Part shown: piece by piece, positions 1 to 11,205 of the stretch
Position numbering within the stretch: the first letter of the stretch is position 1
Layout of the letters: every line of letters starts with the position of its first letter
Source: Prochloraceae cyanobacterium
GTDB taxonomy: Bacteria > Cyanobacteriota > Cyanobacteriia > Cyanobacteriales > JASJDA01
DNA: 64,000 nt
Reading direction: 5' to 3'
NCBI GenBank assembly: GCA_030065755.1
Contig: JASJDA010000031.1
Span: 4,000-67,999, forward strand
The notes under the pieces: generated by a model
The model's input: the letters and a program-made list of their open reading frames with translations, nothing else
Database searches by the model: none
What the model was told of the DNA's origin: nothing
Program-made: the position numbers and the translations under genes

Positions 1-703
1 GTGTCAGATAGCCTATTTTTCCCCCTTGTGGAAGAAGATTAATCAAATTTATTAGCTTTGTTTCTAAGCTAATACGGGAGTGTTCTATATAATTAGCAAT
101 AAAACTAGTTAATATATCAAATAACAATAAGACTGTAAATCCTGCTAGTAATATCCACCAGCTAGGTTTAGTGTTAGTTTGATTGTTGTTGTTGTTCAGA
201 TATCTTCTAATTTGACTATCTTTTCTAGAACGGTGGATAGCAGTAATGCAGATTGGCAATCCTAATAAAAACGCTAATACATCTTTCCCAGGTTCAATAT
301 TTTGCAGAAGGAAATCGATTATTTTATAGGAGCTAATGTCTGTGGATAAAACTTCTTCTACAATATCTTCAACGTCTGCGGATAAAATGTCTCTAACCCA
401 TTGCCATCCTTGCGGCGGAGGTATAAAGTCGAAGCGAGTCGGTCCATCAACTAAAATGGTCTCGAAAATATTCCCTACTGCCAATCCAGCTATTACCACC
501 GCCGGAATTACTAAAGCTAATTGCAATTTATTGCGAAATATAAATAAATTTCTCAGAAGAGGGGAGCTAGAAATAAGGGGAAATAAGACTAAGAAAAAGA
601 TCCCTAAAATAGGTACGCGCAGGTAGTAAATATATTGGTGAAATAACGCTATCAGCGTTACTAGGAGAACAATTGCTACTAATAGAGTCTTGTTAAATTT
701 CAT
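1..703 (-). CDS. hypothetical multi-pass membrane protein (partial, runs off the left window edge)
   Basis: This is not in the ORF track. A reverse-strand ATG at 701-703 opens a frame that I hand-translated with no stop down to base 1 (MKFNKTLLVAIVLLVTLIALF...KPSWWILLAGFTVLLLFD...). It contains several hydrophobic helices. The listed + ORF 336-626 is its antisense shadow. Confidence 0.5.
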   Translation of the reverse strand, partial: MKFNKTLLVAIVLLVTLIALFHQYIYYLRVPILGIFFLVLFPLISSSPLLRNLFIFRNKLQLALVIPAVVIAGLAVGNIFETILVDGPTRFDFIPPPQGWQWVRDILSADVEDIVEEVLSTDISSYKIIDFLLQNIEPGKDVLAFLLGLPICITAIHRSRKDSQIRRYLNNNNNQTNTKPSWWILLAGFTVLLLFDILTSFIANYIEHSRISLETKLINLINLLPQGGKIGYLT

Positions 704-1084
704 TTTTCCCGTTGCGACTGCGATTTTATTGATAGATATACCTTGTAGCCTTGGTTTTAGTACCTTGCTAGGAACCGATCGAGCTATAAAGTTGACTGGG
801 AAAAATATAGCATAATTTTTCAACTTTCAGAACTATCTTAAATGTCGCGAGAGGACTCCCGTTAAACCGACGCTAGGAGATTAACGGCGAGAGCGTCAAG
901 ATTAGCAATCGTCGATCGCGGCGAAGTTCCATCAGTGGCGATCGTGCCAAGTAGATCTAACTCAGGTAAATTAGACTTCGCAGCAGTTGTCGAGGAAGGG
1001 AAATGTGGGGAGAATTGGGAGATAGGGGAGAGGGGTAAAAATTTTCCTCAACTGCCTCAACTGCCCACTCTCCGAAACAGTTAA

Positions 1085-2431
1085 TTACAAAGCACCTGCA
1101 GCGGTTTTATCGAGAATCCCGCCACTTAAATGAGAAGTAATATTAATTGCTTGCAAGACTGGTAAACCTTCCGCACCTTCAGGATAGTCTATGACGCTAA
1201 CTGCACCATTACCCTGTTTAATATTCCAGAAATTGTCTGTTTTCAAGCCCATTAAATAACAAATAATTACCTTATTGATGGCATCGTGTGCTGTAATTAT
1301 GCCAGTTTGAGGCGATCGAGAATTAGAGTAGGTTCGTGCAATTTCATTCCAAGCAGCGATCGCTCTATCCCAAACCTGCTGTAAGTTTTCTCCTTCTGGC
1401 ATTTGTACTGTTTCTGGTGCTTCTTGCCATTTTTGCAGCATTCCAGGAAATTCTGCCTCTACTTCTTCTTTTAATTTCCCTTCCCAGAGTCCGTGACTAA
1501 TTTCTTCGAGTTGAGGGTTAGATTCTAACTTGACATTTGCATGATTTTCTAGGACTATTTCTGCTGTTTCTTTGGGACGCAATAAGTGACTAGTTACGGC
1601 AAAGTCTATTTGTACGTCTTTGAGGAATTCAGCAGCTTGTTGACCTTGTTTTTTGCCATTTTCATTGAGAGGAATATCTTTAATTCCTTGAAATCTAGAA
1701 ACCCGATTCCATTCTGTTTCGCCGTGACGTATTAATAATAAACGAGGGCCAGAATGGCGGGGACGAGGTGGAGGGAGAGGAATACCTAAGTGAGAGGTTT
1801 GATTTAAAGATTCTAACTCCACCGAGTCGCCAAAATCGCCAGTAAAATTGAGAACGTTGATGCAACAATTAGACTGCTGGATAGAATGGTAACGATCGAC
1901 TGGAACGCCAATAGCACTCATAATTAAACAGCGATTAATACCATTGTGCGCCACAATTAAAATTGTTTTACCCTGGTGTTGAGGGATAATTTCTTGCCAA
2001 AATTTCTGTGCTTGAGAGTAGAGAGAGGGGACGGGGAAATGTTCTTTTTCTCCTTCTGGAGTAGATAACACCATTTTGAATTCGCGAGGACGTTGTTTCC
2101 AACAGCGATACTCTTCGCCAAATTTTTCTTTAACCTCAGTCTTGGTTAAATTTTCCCACAGGGGTAAATCGATTTCTTGTAATTTCTCGTGGGTCTGTAA
2201 GCTAGGGGCGTTATTCAGACAGTCTCGAATAGTTTGGGCTGTTTGTTGCGCCCGTTTGAGGGGACTACAATAAAAGGCATCAAAACTGAGATTATTGAGA
2301 GCATCGCCTACCATTATGGCATCAGCACGACCTTTTTCGGTTAAGACTGATTCATCCGATCGACCTTGAATTTTTTGAAGGGCATTGTAGCTACTTTGTC
2401 CGTGACGGACAATAATTACACGAGTACTCAA
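1085..2431 (-). CDS. histidine phosphatase (phosphoglycerate mutase-like) family protein with two tandem domains
   Basis: Two RHG catalytic motifs are present, RHGQSSYN at the N-terminus and RHGETEWN at about residue 235. Each is followed by a histidine-phosphatase-like core (AHNG / AHDA). Confidence 0.85.
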   Translation of the reverse strand: MSTRVIIVRHGQSSYNALQKIQGRSDESVLTEKGRADAIMVGDALNNLSFDAFYCSPLKRAQQTAQTIRDCLNNAPSLQTHEKLQEIDLPLWENLTKTEVKEKFGEEYRCWKQRPREFKMVLSTPEGEKEHFPVPSLYSQAQKFWQEIIPQHQGKTILIVAHNGINRCLIMSAIGVPVDRYHSIQQSNCCINVLNFTGDFGDSVELESLNQTSHLGIPLPPPRPRHSGPRLLLIRHGETEWNRVSRFQGIKDIPLNENGKKQGQQAAEFLKDVQIDFAVTSHLLRPKETAEIVLENHANVKLESNPQLEEISHGLWEGKLKEEVEAEFPGMLQKWQEAPETVQMPEGENLQQVWDRAIAAWNEIARTYSNSRSPQTGIITAHDAINKVIICYLMGLKTDNFWNIKQGNGAVSVIDYPEGAEGLPVLQAINITSHLSGGILDKTAAGAL

Positions 2432-2571
2432 GCTATCTTACCTCCTTTTACCGCTTTCCTAATATCACCAGGTAATAGATTAACCTAGTTAGTGGTGCAG
2501 TTTACGATCGAGCCATAATGCTCAACGAACTGCGATAATTATTTAGTTAGAAAATCCCATCTTAAAAATAA

Positions 2572-4110
2572 ATGAAAGGCAAGTGGTTGAAGCGGTTAAT
2601 TTTGAGCGTGTTAACTATAGTGGCGATCGTCACAATAGTGCAGTCTCTGGGTGAGAGTTTTAGTAAGCCCCAATTTCAAACTCGTTTAGAACTATATCAA
2701 ACCGATCTAATCTTGCACGCAGCAGAGTATAAACTCGAAGACTCAGACGATGTCAGTAGCTCTTTGCAAGCAGCGATCGGTGACAATCCTTACTACAGTG
2801 CTGAAGAACAATATCAAAATGCCCTCCAAGCTGCTCAAATTAATCTTACTAATCTTCAAACCCAACTGCAACAACTCCCACTATCATCTAATATTGTCGA
2901 GCAACAGGCACAATTAGAAAGGGAAATTCAACAAGAAGAAAACTTTATTGACGAACTCAATCTAAAAATAGGAATCTTAGAAGTCGAACAAGGAAATATA
3001 GAAACAGCCCAAACAACTTGGAATCAATTAATTGAAAGCAATCAACAGCCAACAACTCAAACAGTAATTTCACAAACAGCTAGAGTTCTCCAAGACTTGT
3101 GGAGTGAATCTCCAACCTTATCTGAAGATAGTCGTTATTCGATCGTAGCTAATAATTTAGAGGGCTGGTTTCGCTATTACGCACTCAAACAACTCAATGG
3201 ATTACAAGCAAATGAAAGTGAGTTGTTAACTTTGGAAGCAACAGAACAAGAAATTGCCTCTCAAGCTATTTTTAAATTAGCTCTAATTGCTGGCGTTCCT
3301 TATTTATCAGGAGCTTTAGGAGTAATCCTATTAATATTTTTGCTAATTCAATTATTGCTTCAAAAAGAGCGCTCTATTTTAGCAATTAACAATAATTTTT
3401 CTTGGGAAACTCCTTGGGATGGGGAAACTGTTTGGCAAGTAATTATTATCGGCTTTTTCTCTGTAAGTCAAATAGTAATTCCCATATTGATTGGCATATC
3501 TGGGGTAAATCCTTCTGGTTTTAGTTTGCGTTTTAAAGCTTTGTATGTTTTAGTAACCTATTTACTCATGGCTGCTGGTGGGTTATTAGTACTGTATTTT
3601 TCGATTAAACCTTTCTTTCCTCTACCCAAAGACTGGTTTAAGTTTCAATGGCTTAGTAACTGGATTTTCTGGGGATTAGGGGGCTATTTAGTTGCCGTAC
3701 CTTTAGTGGTTTTAGTATCAATAATCAATCAACAATTTTGGCAAGGACAGGGTGGGAGTAATCCACTTTTATTTCTAGCTGTGCAAGCACAAGATAAAGT
3801 AGCCTTGGCGATCTTTTTCGTCACAGCATCGATCGCCGCACCAGTATTTGAAGAGATTATTTTTCGAGGCTTTTTGTTATCTTCTCTAACTCGATATATA
3901 CCTGTTTGGAGCGCGATTTTAGCCAGTAGCTTGCTATTTGCGATCGCTCACCTCAGTCTCTCAGAAGTCGCACCGCTGACTACTCTAGGAATTATTTTAG
4001 GGTTTGTTTATACGCGATCGCGCAACCTACTTTCTTCAATGCTGTTACACAGTCTTTGGAATGGGGGAACTTTATTTAGTTTGTTTATTTTAGGAAGTGG
4101 AGCGGGTTGA
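2572..4110 (+). CDS. CPBP (CAAX) family intramembrane glutamic endopeptidase with a long N-terminal coiled/TPR-like region
   Basis: The C-terminal multi-pass region carries the EEIIFRGF motif, FAIAH, and the HSLWN motif typical of the Abi/CPBP family. Confidence 0.8.
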   Translation: MKGKWLKRLILSVLTIVAIVTIVQSLGESFSKPQFQTRLELYQTDLILHAAEYKLEDSDDVSSSLQAAIGDNPYYSAEEQYQNALQAAQINLTNLQTQLQQLPLSSNIVEQQAQLEREIQQEENFIDELNLKIGILEVEQGNIETAQTTWNQLIESNQQPTTQTVISQTARVLQDLWSESPTLSEDSRYSIVANNLEGWFRYYALKQLNGLQANESELLTLEATEQEIASQAIFKLALIAGVPYLSGALGVILLIFLLIQLLLQKERSILAINNNFSWETPWDGETVWQVIIIGFFSVSQIVIPILIGISGVNPSGFSLRFKALYVLVTYLLMAAGGLLVLYFSIKPFFPLPKDWFKFQWLSNWIFWGLGGYLVAVPLVVLVSIINQQFWQGQGGSNPLLFLAVQAQDKVALAIFFVTASIAAPVFEEIIFRGFLLSSLTRYIPVWSAILASSLLFAIAHLSLSEVAPLTTLGIILGFVYTRSRNLLSSMLLHSLWNGGTLFSLFILGSGAG

Positions 4111-4208
4111 AAAATAATATATATCGTCAGAAATTTTGAATGGTAATTATGACGATCGACAATAAAATCATCGATCGTCTAAGTACGCATAAAGCGCTCT
4201 CTTCTGTT

Positions 4209-5675
4209 TTATGATTCGCTTGTCATACTTTGCTCTAATGACTGCTGCAAGCGAACTTTATCTAATCCTTTTTGAGAGAGTAACAACCAAGATTGAATTA
4301 AGTCTGGCCCTTGTAATTCTCCCATTAAAGCGGCACGAAGCGATCGCATGACTAAGCCTTTTTTGACTTTCGCTTGTTTGGTCACTTTTTTGACTATATC
4401 TTTAGCATCGTCTTGAGTGAGTTGAGAGTAACTTTCAATTGCTTCTTTTATGCTGGTGAGGATTTCTCCTACTCCTTCTTTTTGCAATTGCTCGATCGCG
4501 TCTTCGCTATATTCTAGTGACTCTCCCAACAGCAAGCGGCTTTCTTTTGGCGCGTCGCTCAAACGAGTTAAACTAGGGCCAATTAAAGCTGTCAAAGTTT
4601 CTAACCAGGGTCGATCGCTTTCTAAATCCACTTTATACCCTGCTTTTTGCCAGTAAGGAACTAACAATTCCACTAGCTTGTCTGCTGGCATATTATGAAT
4701 ATACTGAGAATTGATCCAATCTAATTTTGCCCAATCGAATTTTGCTCCTGCTTTGTTAACCCGATCGAGGTCAAATTTTTCTGCTGCTTGAGATAGGGTA
4801 AAAATTTCCTCGGTTGAGTCTGGTGGAGTCCAACCAAGCAAACTCATATAATTTGCCATTGCTTCTGGCAAAAATCCCATTTCTTTGAAGTCGTCAATGG
4901 ACGTAACTCCATCTCTTTTGGACAATTTCTGTCCTTTCTCATTCAAAATTAGGGGGGTGTGGGCAAATTCTGGCACTTTTGCCCCTAGCGCTTCGTAAAG
5001 TAGAATTTGTTTGGCAGTGTTAGCTATGTGGTCTTCTCCTCGGACGACGTGGGTAATTCCCATATCCGTGTCATCTACTACCACTGCTAGGTTATATAAT
5101 GGCTGACCGAATTCTGCTTCGGGGTTTTCTGCAGCGCGGGCTATGACCATATCGCCCCCTAGATCGCTAGCTTTCCAGGTTACTTTTCCCCTAACCAGAT
5201 CGTTCCATTCTATAAGCCTTTCGTCTTCTATTTTAAAGCGAATTACTGGTCTGCGTCCTTCGGCTACAAACGCTGCTTTTTCTTCTTCTGTGAGGTTGCG
5301 GTGGCGGTTGTCGTAGCGGGGGGCTTGCTTTCTAGCTTTTTGTGCCTCCCGCATCTGTTCTAATTCTTCTGACGTACAATAGCACCGATAGGCTAAGCCT
5401 TTATCTAATAATTGTTGAATTGCCTTTTTGTAGAGATCTAATCTGTTAGTTTGAAAAAATGGCCCTTCATCCCAATTTAAACCCAGCCAAGTGAGTCCCG
5501 ATTTGATGTTCTCAGTGTATTCTGGGCGCGATCGCTCCGTGTCCGTGTCTTCTATTCGCAGTATAAATTTACCGCCCTGGTGACGGGCAAACAGCCAGTT
5601 AAATACTGCTGTTCTCGCTGTTCCTATATGTAAATTTCCTGTTGGAGAAGGAGCAATGCGAACTCTTACCGTCAC
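4209..5675 (-). CDS. gltX: glutamate--tRNA ligase
   Basis: Class I aaRS HIGH-type motif ([12 protein letters not shown]) and KMSKS-type motif (KLSKR). Length and overall sequence are typical of GltX. Confidence 0.95.
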   Translation of the reverse strand: MTVRVRIAPSPTGNLHIGTARTAVFNWLFARHQGGKFILRIEDTDTERSRPEYTENIKSGLTWLGLNWDEGPFFQTNRLDLYKKAIQQLLDKGLAYRCYCTSEELEQMREAQKARKQAPRYDNRHRNLTEEEKAAFVAEGRRPVIRFKIEDERLIEWNDLVRGKVTWKASDLGGDMVIARAAENPEAEFGQPLYNLAVVVDDTDMGITHVVRGEDHIANTAKQILLYEALGAKVPEFAHTPLILNEKGQKLSKRDGVTSIDDFKEMGFLPEAMANYMSLLGWTPPDSTEEIFTLSQAAEKFDLDRVNKAGAKFDWAKLDWINSQYIHNMPADKLVELLVPYWQKAGYKVDLESDRPWLETLTALIGPSLTRLSDAPKESRLLLGESLEYSEDAIEQLQKEGVGEILTSIKEAIESYSQLTQDDAKDIVKKVTKQAKVKKGLVMRSLRAALMGELQGPDLIQSWLLLSQKGLDKVRLQQSLEQSMTSES

Positions 5676-5855
5676 TATCTGTCCTCTTTTCTTTCTTTAT
5701 CTAGTTTCTTGCTAGATATTCATTGTAAGCTCCCCCTGCTCTAAAGAGAAGAGGCTTTCACCTCCGTTTCAATAAAGCAAGTTACATTTTAGTAGCCCTC
5801 ACCAATAACTCTACTCAGAATATAGTGTCTGTTTAGCGTAGTTTATTTTTATGCG

Positions 5856-6041
5856 ATGGCTAGGAATAACGTATTTAATTTAAGATTGTCTGATGAATAA
5901 TTATTAAGAATTAAAGCTTATGCAAAGTCTAAACAGATGTCACCAGCCAAAGCACTAAGGGATTATATTAAACGACTACCAAAAATTAATCCTGACGGCG
6001 GTTTTAACCGCTGCGTCTCATTTCCTCCGTCCTATGAATAA
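5856..6041 (+). pseudogene. ribbon-helix-helix (CopG/MobC-like) small gene with an in-frame TAA
   Basis: Hand translation gives MARNNVFNLRLSDE*LLRIKAYAKSKQMSPAKALRDYIKRLPKINPDGG.... It has an RHH-like beta-strand/helix pattern. A single in-frame TAA lies at 5898-5900, and the frame continues to a TAA at 6039-6041. Confidence 0.35.
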
Positions 6042-6100
6042 GGTCTGCTTCCACGCTTCCGTGTTATTTTCTTAACATATTTATTCTATTTTTTTTTCTA

Positions 6101-6174
6101 CGGGACTGACGGGGCTCGAACCCGCGACCTCCTGCGTGACAGGCAGGCATTCTAACCAACTGAACTACAGTCCC
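6101..6174 (-). tRNA. tRNA-Asp (anticodon GUC)
   Basis: The reverse complement reads GGGACTGTAGTTCAGTTGGTTAGAATGCCTGCCTGTCACGCAGGAGGTCGCGGGTTCGAGCCCCGTCAGTCCCG. The acceptor stem is GGGACTG/CAGTCCC, the anticodon loop is CTGTCAC, and the T-loop is GGTTCGAGCCC. No CCA is encoded. Confidence 0.9.
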
Positions 6175-6362
6175 AATTTTTTATCCGCATCTCATCATAA
6201 CAACTATTCAATTTATTTGTCAAGTTTTTTTTTGTCAGAAGCGAAGGCCAATTTCGATCTTTCTTATGAAAACTTAAAAATACTATTTGGCGATCGTCAA
6301 TCCTCCATACTGAAGCGTTAGATTATCTATATTAATGTCGAAAGTAACCTCAAGGAGACTCT

Positions 6363-7154
6363 GTGCTGGAGTTATACCAATTCGAGCTGTCGCAATACTC
6401 AGAAAAGGTGCGCCTGATTCTAGACTACAAAGGACTAGAATACAAAAAAATAGAAGTAACTCCTGGTGTGGGACAAGTGGAAGTGTTTCGCCTCTCCGGT
6501 CAGTCCAAAGTGCCAGTTTTAAAGGATGGAGATACAGTCGTTGCTGATTCGACTGAAATTGCCTTTTATCTAGACCGCAAATACCCTGAAAAACCAATTA
6601 TTCCTACCGATCCCCTACAAAGAGGACTGTGCTTGTTAATGGAAGAATGGGCAGATGAATCCATCGGGATTAAGGGTCGTAAAGCTTTTTTGGGAGCATT
6701 GAACCAAAATCAGAACTTTCGCACTTCTATTTTGCCCCAAGAGACTCCCGATTTGCTCAAAAACTTAGTAGGTGCAGTCCCGTCTGAATTGCTTTATATT
6801 TTGGGAACTCCTCTCGGTTCGGGTCGGGATGCAGTTAAGGAAGCCCAAAGAGATATCAAACGAGATTTAGAAGCTCTCTGTCTAATTCTGACTGAACGTG
6901 CCCATCTAGTTGGCGGTCAAATTACTTTAGCAGATTTAGCTGTAGCTGGACTTAGTATTATTCTCAAGTTCCCAGCAGGTTCTTATCTGAATTTACCAAA
7001 AGAACTTCAAGGAAAAGGTATTCCTGGTTTGGCTGACAATAGTGCTTACGAGCCATTTTTCAACTGGCGCGATCGTCTTTATTCTGAGTATCGCAAGCCA
7101 TTGGCTTCTACTAGCACTTCAAATTCATCTCCTACTTCTATAGAAATCGAATAA
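6363..7154 (+). CDS. glutathione S-transferase family protein
   Basis: GTG start. The N-terminal thioredoxin-like GST fold is present (LELYQFELSQYSEKVRLIL...SKVPVLKDGD..ADSTEI), followed by a C-terminal helical domain. Confidence 0.75.
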   Translation: MLELYQFELSQYSEKVRLILDYKGLEYKKIEVTPGVGQVEVFRLSGQSKVPVLKDGDTVVADSTEIAFYLDRKYPEKPIIPTDPLQRGLCLLMEEWADESIGIKGRKAFLGALNQNQNFRTSILPQETPDLLKNLVGAVPSELLYILGTPLGSGRDAVKEAQRDIKRDLEALCLILTERAHLVGGQITLADLAVAGLSIILKFPAGSYLNLPKELQGKGIPGLADNSAYEPFFNWRDRLYSEYRKPLASTSTSNSSPTSIEIE

Positions 7155-7197
7155 TTCACCTAGAGGCGATTACTTAACTCAATAGAAGTCGGTTAAA

Positions 7198-7245
7198 GGG
7201 AATAGGGAACTGTTATTTCCTGCTCCCTGTTCCCTGTTCCCTGTC
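7198..7245. repeat. STRR-like GGGAA(T/C)A heptamer units arranged as an imperfect palindrome between convergent genes
   Basis: The sequence is gggaatagggaactgttatttcctgctccctgttccctgttccctgtc. Forward units are followed by reverse-complement units (CCCTGTT x3). It could act as a bidirectional terminator hairpin. Confidence 0.6.
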
Positions 7246-7280
7246 AAGCACTCGCCTCCAGAGGAGATCGGGCTAAAGAT

Positions 7281-7796
7281 TTATGTTAGAAATACTTTCC
7301 TTGCTGGGAGGATGTTTTTCTTTGCTAAATACTCGTGAATTTGTTGAGGAGTAAGTTTGCACAAATCTTTTGCTAACTCTATAACCTTAATATTTTTTAC
7401 CAGTAATGGGCTTAATACTTCTCGCAACAACCCTAATATTTGAGGTTCGGCAACCAAAATAACTTCTACAGCTTGGGAAACCTGACTCAATCGAACAATT
7501 TCACTGACAATATCTTTGGCAAAACTGCGCTCGAATTCGATCGCGTGAGACTCTCGGCGATCGTCGTAGCCGTGTGCTTGACCGTTGGAACCGCGATTGC
7601 GTCCTGTTTTAGTATTTGCCCAAAGTTCTTTACCCTGGAGTTCGTTAGCCTGATTGCACAGACATTGACTTTCAACTAAATTTGGCCCTGACTGGTATTC
7701 GGGTAATTTTGCTGATTCTAGTTTAAAAAAGCGAGCTCTCGTTCCATCAATAACTGCAACTATGGATTGATTCATTTTTAACCAGACATTAAGCAT
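7281..7796 (-). CDS. host-attachment-protein family protein (Host_attach-like)
   Basis: The N-terminal signature VAVIDGTRARFF and the overall size match my memory of the 'protein required for attachment to host cells' family. The true start is probably the internal Met (MNQSIVAV) at about 7775. Confidence 0.55.
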   Translation of the reverse strand: MLNVWLKMNQSIVAVIDGTRARFFKLESAKLPEYQSGPNLVESQCLCNQANELQGKELWANTKTGRNRGSNGQAHGYDDRRESHAIEFERSFAKDIVSEIVRLSQVSQAVEVILVAEPQILGLLREVLSPLLVKNIKVIELAKDLCKLTPQQIHEYLAKKNILPARKVFLT

Positions 7797-8308
7797 TTAA
7801 TAATTTTATCTTTACCACGCGAAATTGTGGTGCGATCGCACTGTGAAATAAAGCTTAAACTTCATCTCTTTTAGGGCGCGAATACTCTCAAAATAGTTTT
7901 GGGAAAGGATTCACTATTAAAAAAAAGCGATCGCACTATCGTCTTCCCCTACTGGGCGATCGCAACTACTATGGAGTTAAGTGGCTGGAGAAGATCTCAA
8001 TGCAAACCACAGCATCAATACCAAAATTAATACGCTGCTTTTTACGATGAGGTAAATTGTAGCATTATTGTAGAGAAAAACGTTCGTCATTTTTTCCCTC
8101 TCCTTTTGCAACTCTAAAGGAGAGATGTTAGGCTTCACACAATCTCAATAAGATCTACCAAGGCTTGAAGCACTATCACTTTAGTGGGGGGTGCTAACTA
8201 AGTTAAGTTAGAGGTTAAACAGGGCGCGATCGCCTTCATCTCTCTATTTGTTTCTATCTTGCTACTAAAAACGGTTGCGATCGCTAATTGTTTACCAAAT
8301 TTTAATGT

Positions 8309-9673
8309 CTATTCAGTTTTCTTCTCATTTTTTGGTCGCCAACCTTTTTTTACTACCTGACGAGATCTAGCAATTACCAAAGCATCGTCGGGAACGTCTT
8401 CTGTAACTACACTTCCTGCAGCCACATTTACGTCTTCTCCTAAATTGACTGGTGCAACTAAAACGCTATTAGAACCTGTTTTAGTGCCGCTACCGATCGT
8501 GGTCGGATGCTTGTAAGTTCCGTCATAATTGGCTGTAATCGTTCCTGCTCCTATGTTAACGCGATCGCCTAAGATAGCATCCCCCAAATATGACAAGTGA
8601 GCTACATTGGTATTATTTCCTACCTCTGTCTTTTTCAACTCGACAAAATTACCAATTCGGCACGACTGACCTATCTTGACATTTCCGCGTAAATGTGCAT
8701 ATGGTCCAATTCTACTTCCAGATTCTACCCGAGAGTTTGTCACCACAGAATAGAGAACGGTAACATTTTCCCCAATATAACTATTTTCGATCGACGTTCC
8801 AGGGCCTATGCGACTGCCAGAACCAATAAAAGTATTGCCCCTAATGTGAGTTTGGGGTTCAATAATTACGTCTGGCTGTAATTCTACGGTGTCGTCAATA
8901 GTAATACTATCTGGGTCGAGCGCCGTAACTCCTGCTGTCATCCAAGCATCTTTGACCCGCGTTTGCAGAATTTTATAAGCTGTTGCTAATTGCTTGCGAT
9001 CGTTAATTCCAGTAATTTCTAAATAATCTTCCACGTCATAAGCCATTACTGGTTCTAAAAATTTAACTACATCTGTTAAATAATATTCCTGCTGATCGTT
9101 ATCTGTAGTTAATTTTGGCAGTACTTGCGCCATTTTCGGCCAATTGAAACAGTAAACCCCTGCATTAATGCGGTTATTTTGCTTTTGCGCTGCGGTACAA
9201 TCTCGATCTTCAATAATTTGTTCGACCAAATTATTTTGGTCGCAGAACACCCTTCCGTAGCCTTTAGGATCGGGTAAACGAGCGGTCAAAATGGTAGCCG
9301 CGTTCTGATTTACTATGTGAATATCTAATAAATTTTTTAGAGTTTCGGGTCGCAATAAAGGAACGTCTCCATTTAAAACGACTAAATCGTCGTTAAAGCC
9401 TTGTAGGTGGGGCAAAAGTTGTTGAATGGCGTGACCTGTTCCCAATTGTTCGGTCTGTTCGACGTATTCTAAGTTGGGATTTTTTTGGAGGGTTTGTTTG
9501 ACAAGTTGGGCTTTATAGCCAACTATTACTAAAGATCTTGTCGGCTCGATCGACTGACAACTATTGAGAACCCTTTCCACTAGCGTTCTTCCCCCTAAAG
9601 GATGTAAAACTTTAGGTAGGTCAGATTTCATGCGGGTTCCGCGTCCGGCTGCTAATATTGCTACCGCTACCAT
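8309..9673 (-). CDS. glmU: bifunctional UDP-N-acetylglucosamine diphosphorylase / glucosamine-1-phosphate N-acetyltransferase
   Basis: N-terminal LAAGRGTRM nucleotidyltransferase motif, a C-terminal left-handed beta-helix with hexapeptide repeats, and a length of 454 aa. Confidence 0.95.
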   Translation of the reverse strand: MVAVAILAAGRGTRMKSDLPKVLHPLGGRTLVERVLNSCQSIEPTRSLVIVGYKAQLVKQTLQKNPNLEYVEQTEQLGTGHAIQQLLPHLQGFNDDLVVLNGDVPLLRPETLKNLLDIHIVNQNAATILTARLPDPKGYGRVFCDQNNLVEQIIEDRDCTAAQKQNNRINAGVYCFNWPKMAQVLPKLTTDNDQQEYYLTDVVKFLEPVMAYDVEDYLEITGINDRKQLATAYKILQTRVKDAWMTAGVTALDPDSITIDDTVELQPDVIIEPQTHIRGNTFIGSGSRIGPGTSIENSYIGENVTVLYSVVTNSRVESGSRIGPYAHLRGNVKIGQSCRIGNFVELKKTEVGNNTNVAHLSYLGDAILGDRVNIGAGTITANYDGTYKHPTTIGSGTKTGSNSVLVAPVNLGEDVNVAAGSVVTEDVPDDALVIARSRQVVKKGWRPKNEKKTE

Positions 9674-9758
9674 CGCTCTTATCTCTTAGTTGTTCCGACC
9701 AGAGTATAGCGCGTTCTGAGCAGATTCGATCGCTCATTCGCAAAGCTCAGCTCTATTT

Positions 9759-10748
9759 TTATCTCATTCCCACTTCAGAAACTATTTGGCTAGCATTAAT
9801 AAATGCTGTAAACTTTCCTACCAGTTTTGAATTGCGCCATCCTTTAGCTGCTTCTTCTGCGAGAATGTCTAAAGCTTCAGTGGGAGTCAGTGGCTTTTTA
9901 TAAGGTCGTTCGCTGATTAAGGCTTCATAGATATCGAGAATTTGAAATATTTGTGCCAGCCAAGGAATTTCATTACCCTTCAAACTGTCAGGATAACCAC
10001 TACCGTCCCAACGTTCGTGATGATGCCTAATAATTGGCAGTATGCCTCGTCCTTTTAGTGGCTGACAAATTTTTTCTCCTACTAAGACGTGCTTTTCGAT
10101 CGTCTCTCGTTCGGAGTCAGTGAGTTTCCCTTTTTTGAGCAGTACGGAATCTGGAACGGCTACTGTGCCAATATCGTGTAGATAGGCTGCGTATACCAAA
10201 TTTTTTATATCTTCTTTGGATAATTCTAGATACTCCCCAAAGGATTTAGCTAAAGATATGAGTTCGGCAAAAGAGTGTCTGCGATCGCAACTTCTACTTT
10301 CAATTGCTGTTGCTATTGAGAATAGCAATTGTTCGGTTTGGTCTAAACCTTCATAAAGGCGCTTTTGCTCTATTATCGATCGTACCCTTGCCGAAAGTAG
10401 CAGGCGATCGAGGGGTTTAACCAGCAGATCGTCACCTCCTGACTCTATGCATCTCAGACGAGATTTTCTATCGTCGGAAACTCCTGTTAAAATTATTCTT
10501 GTCAAACAAGTTCGTCTATCTTGCTTGATGTGCTTACACACTTCAAATCCATCTGTGTAAGGCATCATCACGTCCAGCAATACTAAATCTGGGTTATTTC
10601 GTACTACCTGAGTGATGATATCTGAGTTTCCATCTGTCTCTACTACCTGATAGCCATCTAATGACAGCAAATCTAACATTTGAGTACGGCTATAGAGATT
10701 GTTATCTACAACAAGAATTTTGGCGGAATCGGATTTAAAAATATTCAC
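9759..10748 (-). CDS. response regulator with an HD-GYP phosphodiesterase output domain
   Basis: A REC domain is present (ILVVDN...DLVLLDVMMP...K). It is followed by an HD domain (YLHDIGT) and the HHERWDGSGYP motif. Confidence 0.85.
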   Translation of the reverse strand: MNIFKSDSAKILVVDNNLYSRTQMLDLLSLDGYQVVETDGNSDIITQVVRNNPDLVLLDVMMPYTDGFEVCKHIKQDRRTCLTRIILTGVSDDRKSRLRCIESGGDDLLVKPLDRLLLSARVRSIIEQKRLYEGLDQTEQLLFSIATAIESRSCDRRHSFAELISLAKSFGEYLELSKEDIKNLVYAAYLHDIGTVAVPDSVLLKKGKLTDSERETIEKHVLVGEKICQPLKGRGILPIIRHHHERWDGSGYPDSLKGNEIPWLAQIFQILDIYEALISERPYKKPLTPTEALDILAEEAAKGWRNSKLVGKFTAFINASQIVSEVGMR

Positions 10749-11205
10749 GGCGCACTATATTATCGCTAATTTATATCCTCCAATTGGCTTATTTATTTTT
10801 CCTATATGGAGATTTTTATTGGGGCCTATCTTTGGCGAAGCCAAGGAAGCAGGCACTCTAATAAGCGGAGCTATACTTTAACGAAAACTTAATACAGTAT
10901 GGCAGAAACAAGTCATTAATGTCTTTAGTTTTTCTTTTTTTCCTTTTTGGCGAATTTATAAAAATCATCTTTTCATATAAATATTGTAATGCGGCATTGC
11001 CTTGTTAGGATTAAGTTCAGTGAATCCACGTAATTTAACTAATTATCTAAGAACAACTTTAGTGGATCTTACTTGGATTGTTCGTCGTTTATTTAGTTTT
11101 TTTTCTTAAATTTAAGTGATATCACTTACTCGATCTTTTGGATATTTATTTTCGATTGTGCTAATAACTCTTTCGAATTATAGTACATTTTAATTGTTAA
11201 TTTGA

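Noticed and set aside
336-626. 96-aa + strand ORF near the left edge
   Set aside because: It lies antisense to a longer stop-free minus-strand frame (1-703) with a clear membrane-protein character. Its own sequence is low-complexity with no motif.
6283-6597. ORFs overlapping the start of the GST gene (6283-6597 minus strand, 6335-6547 + strand)
   Set aside because: They overlap a frame with a clear GST fold and have no motifs of their own.
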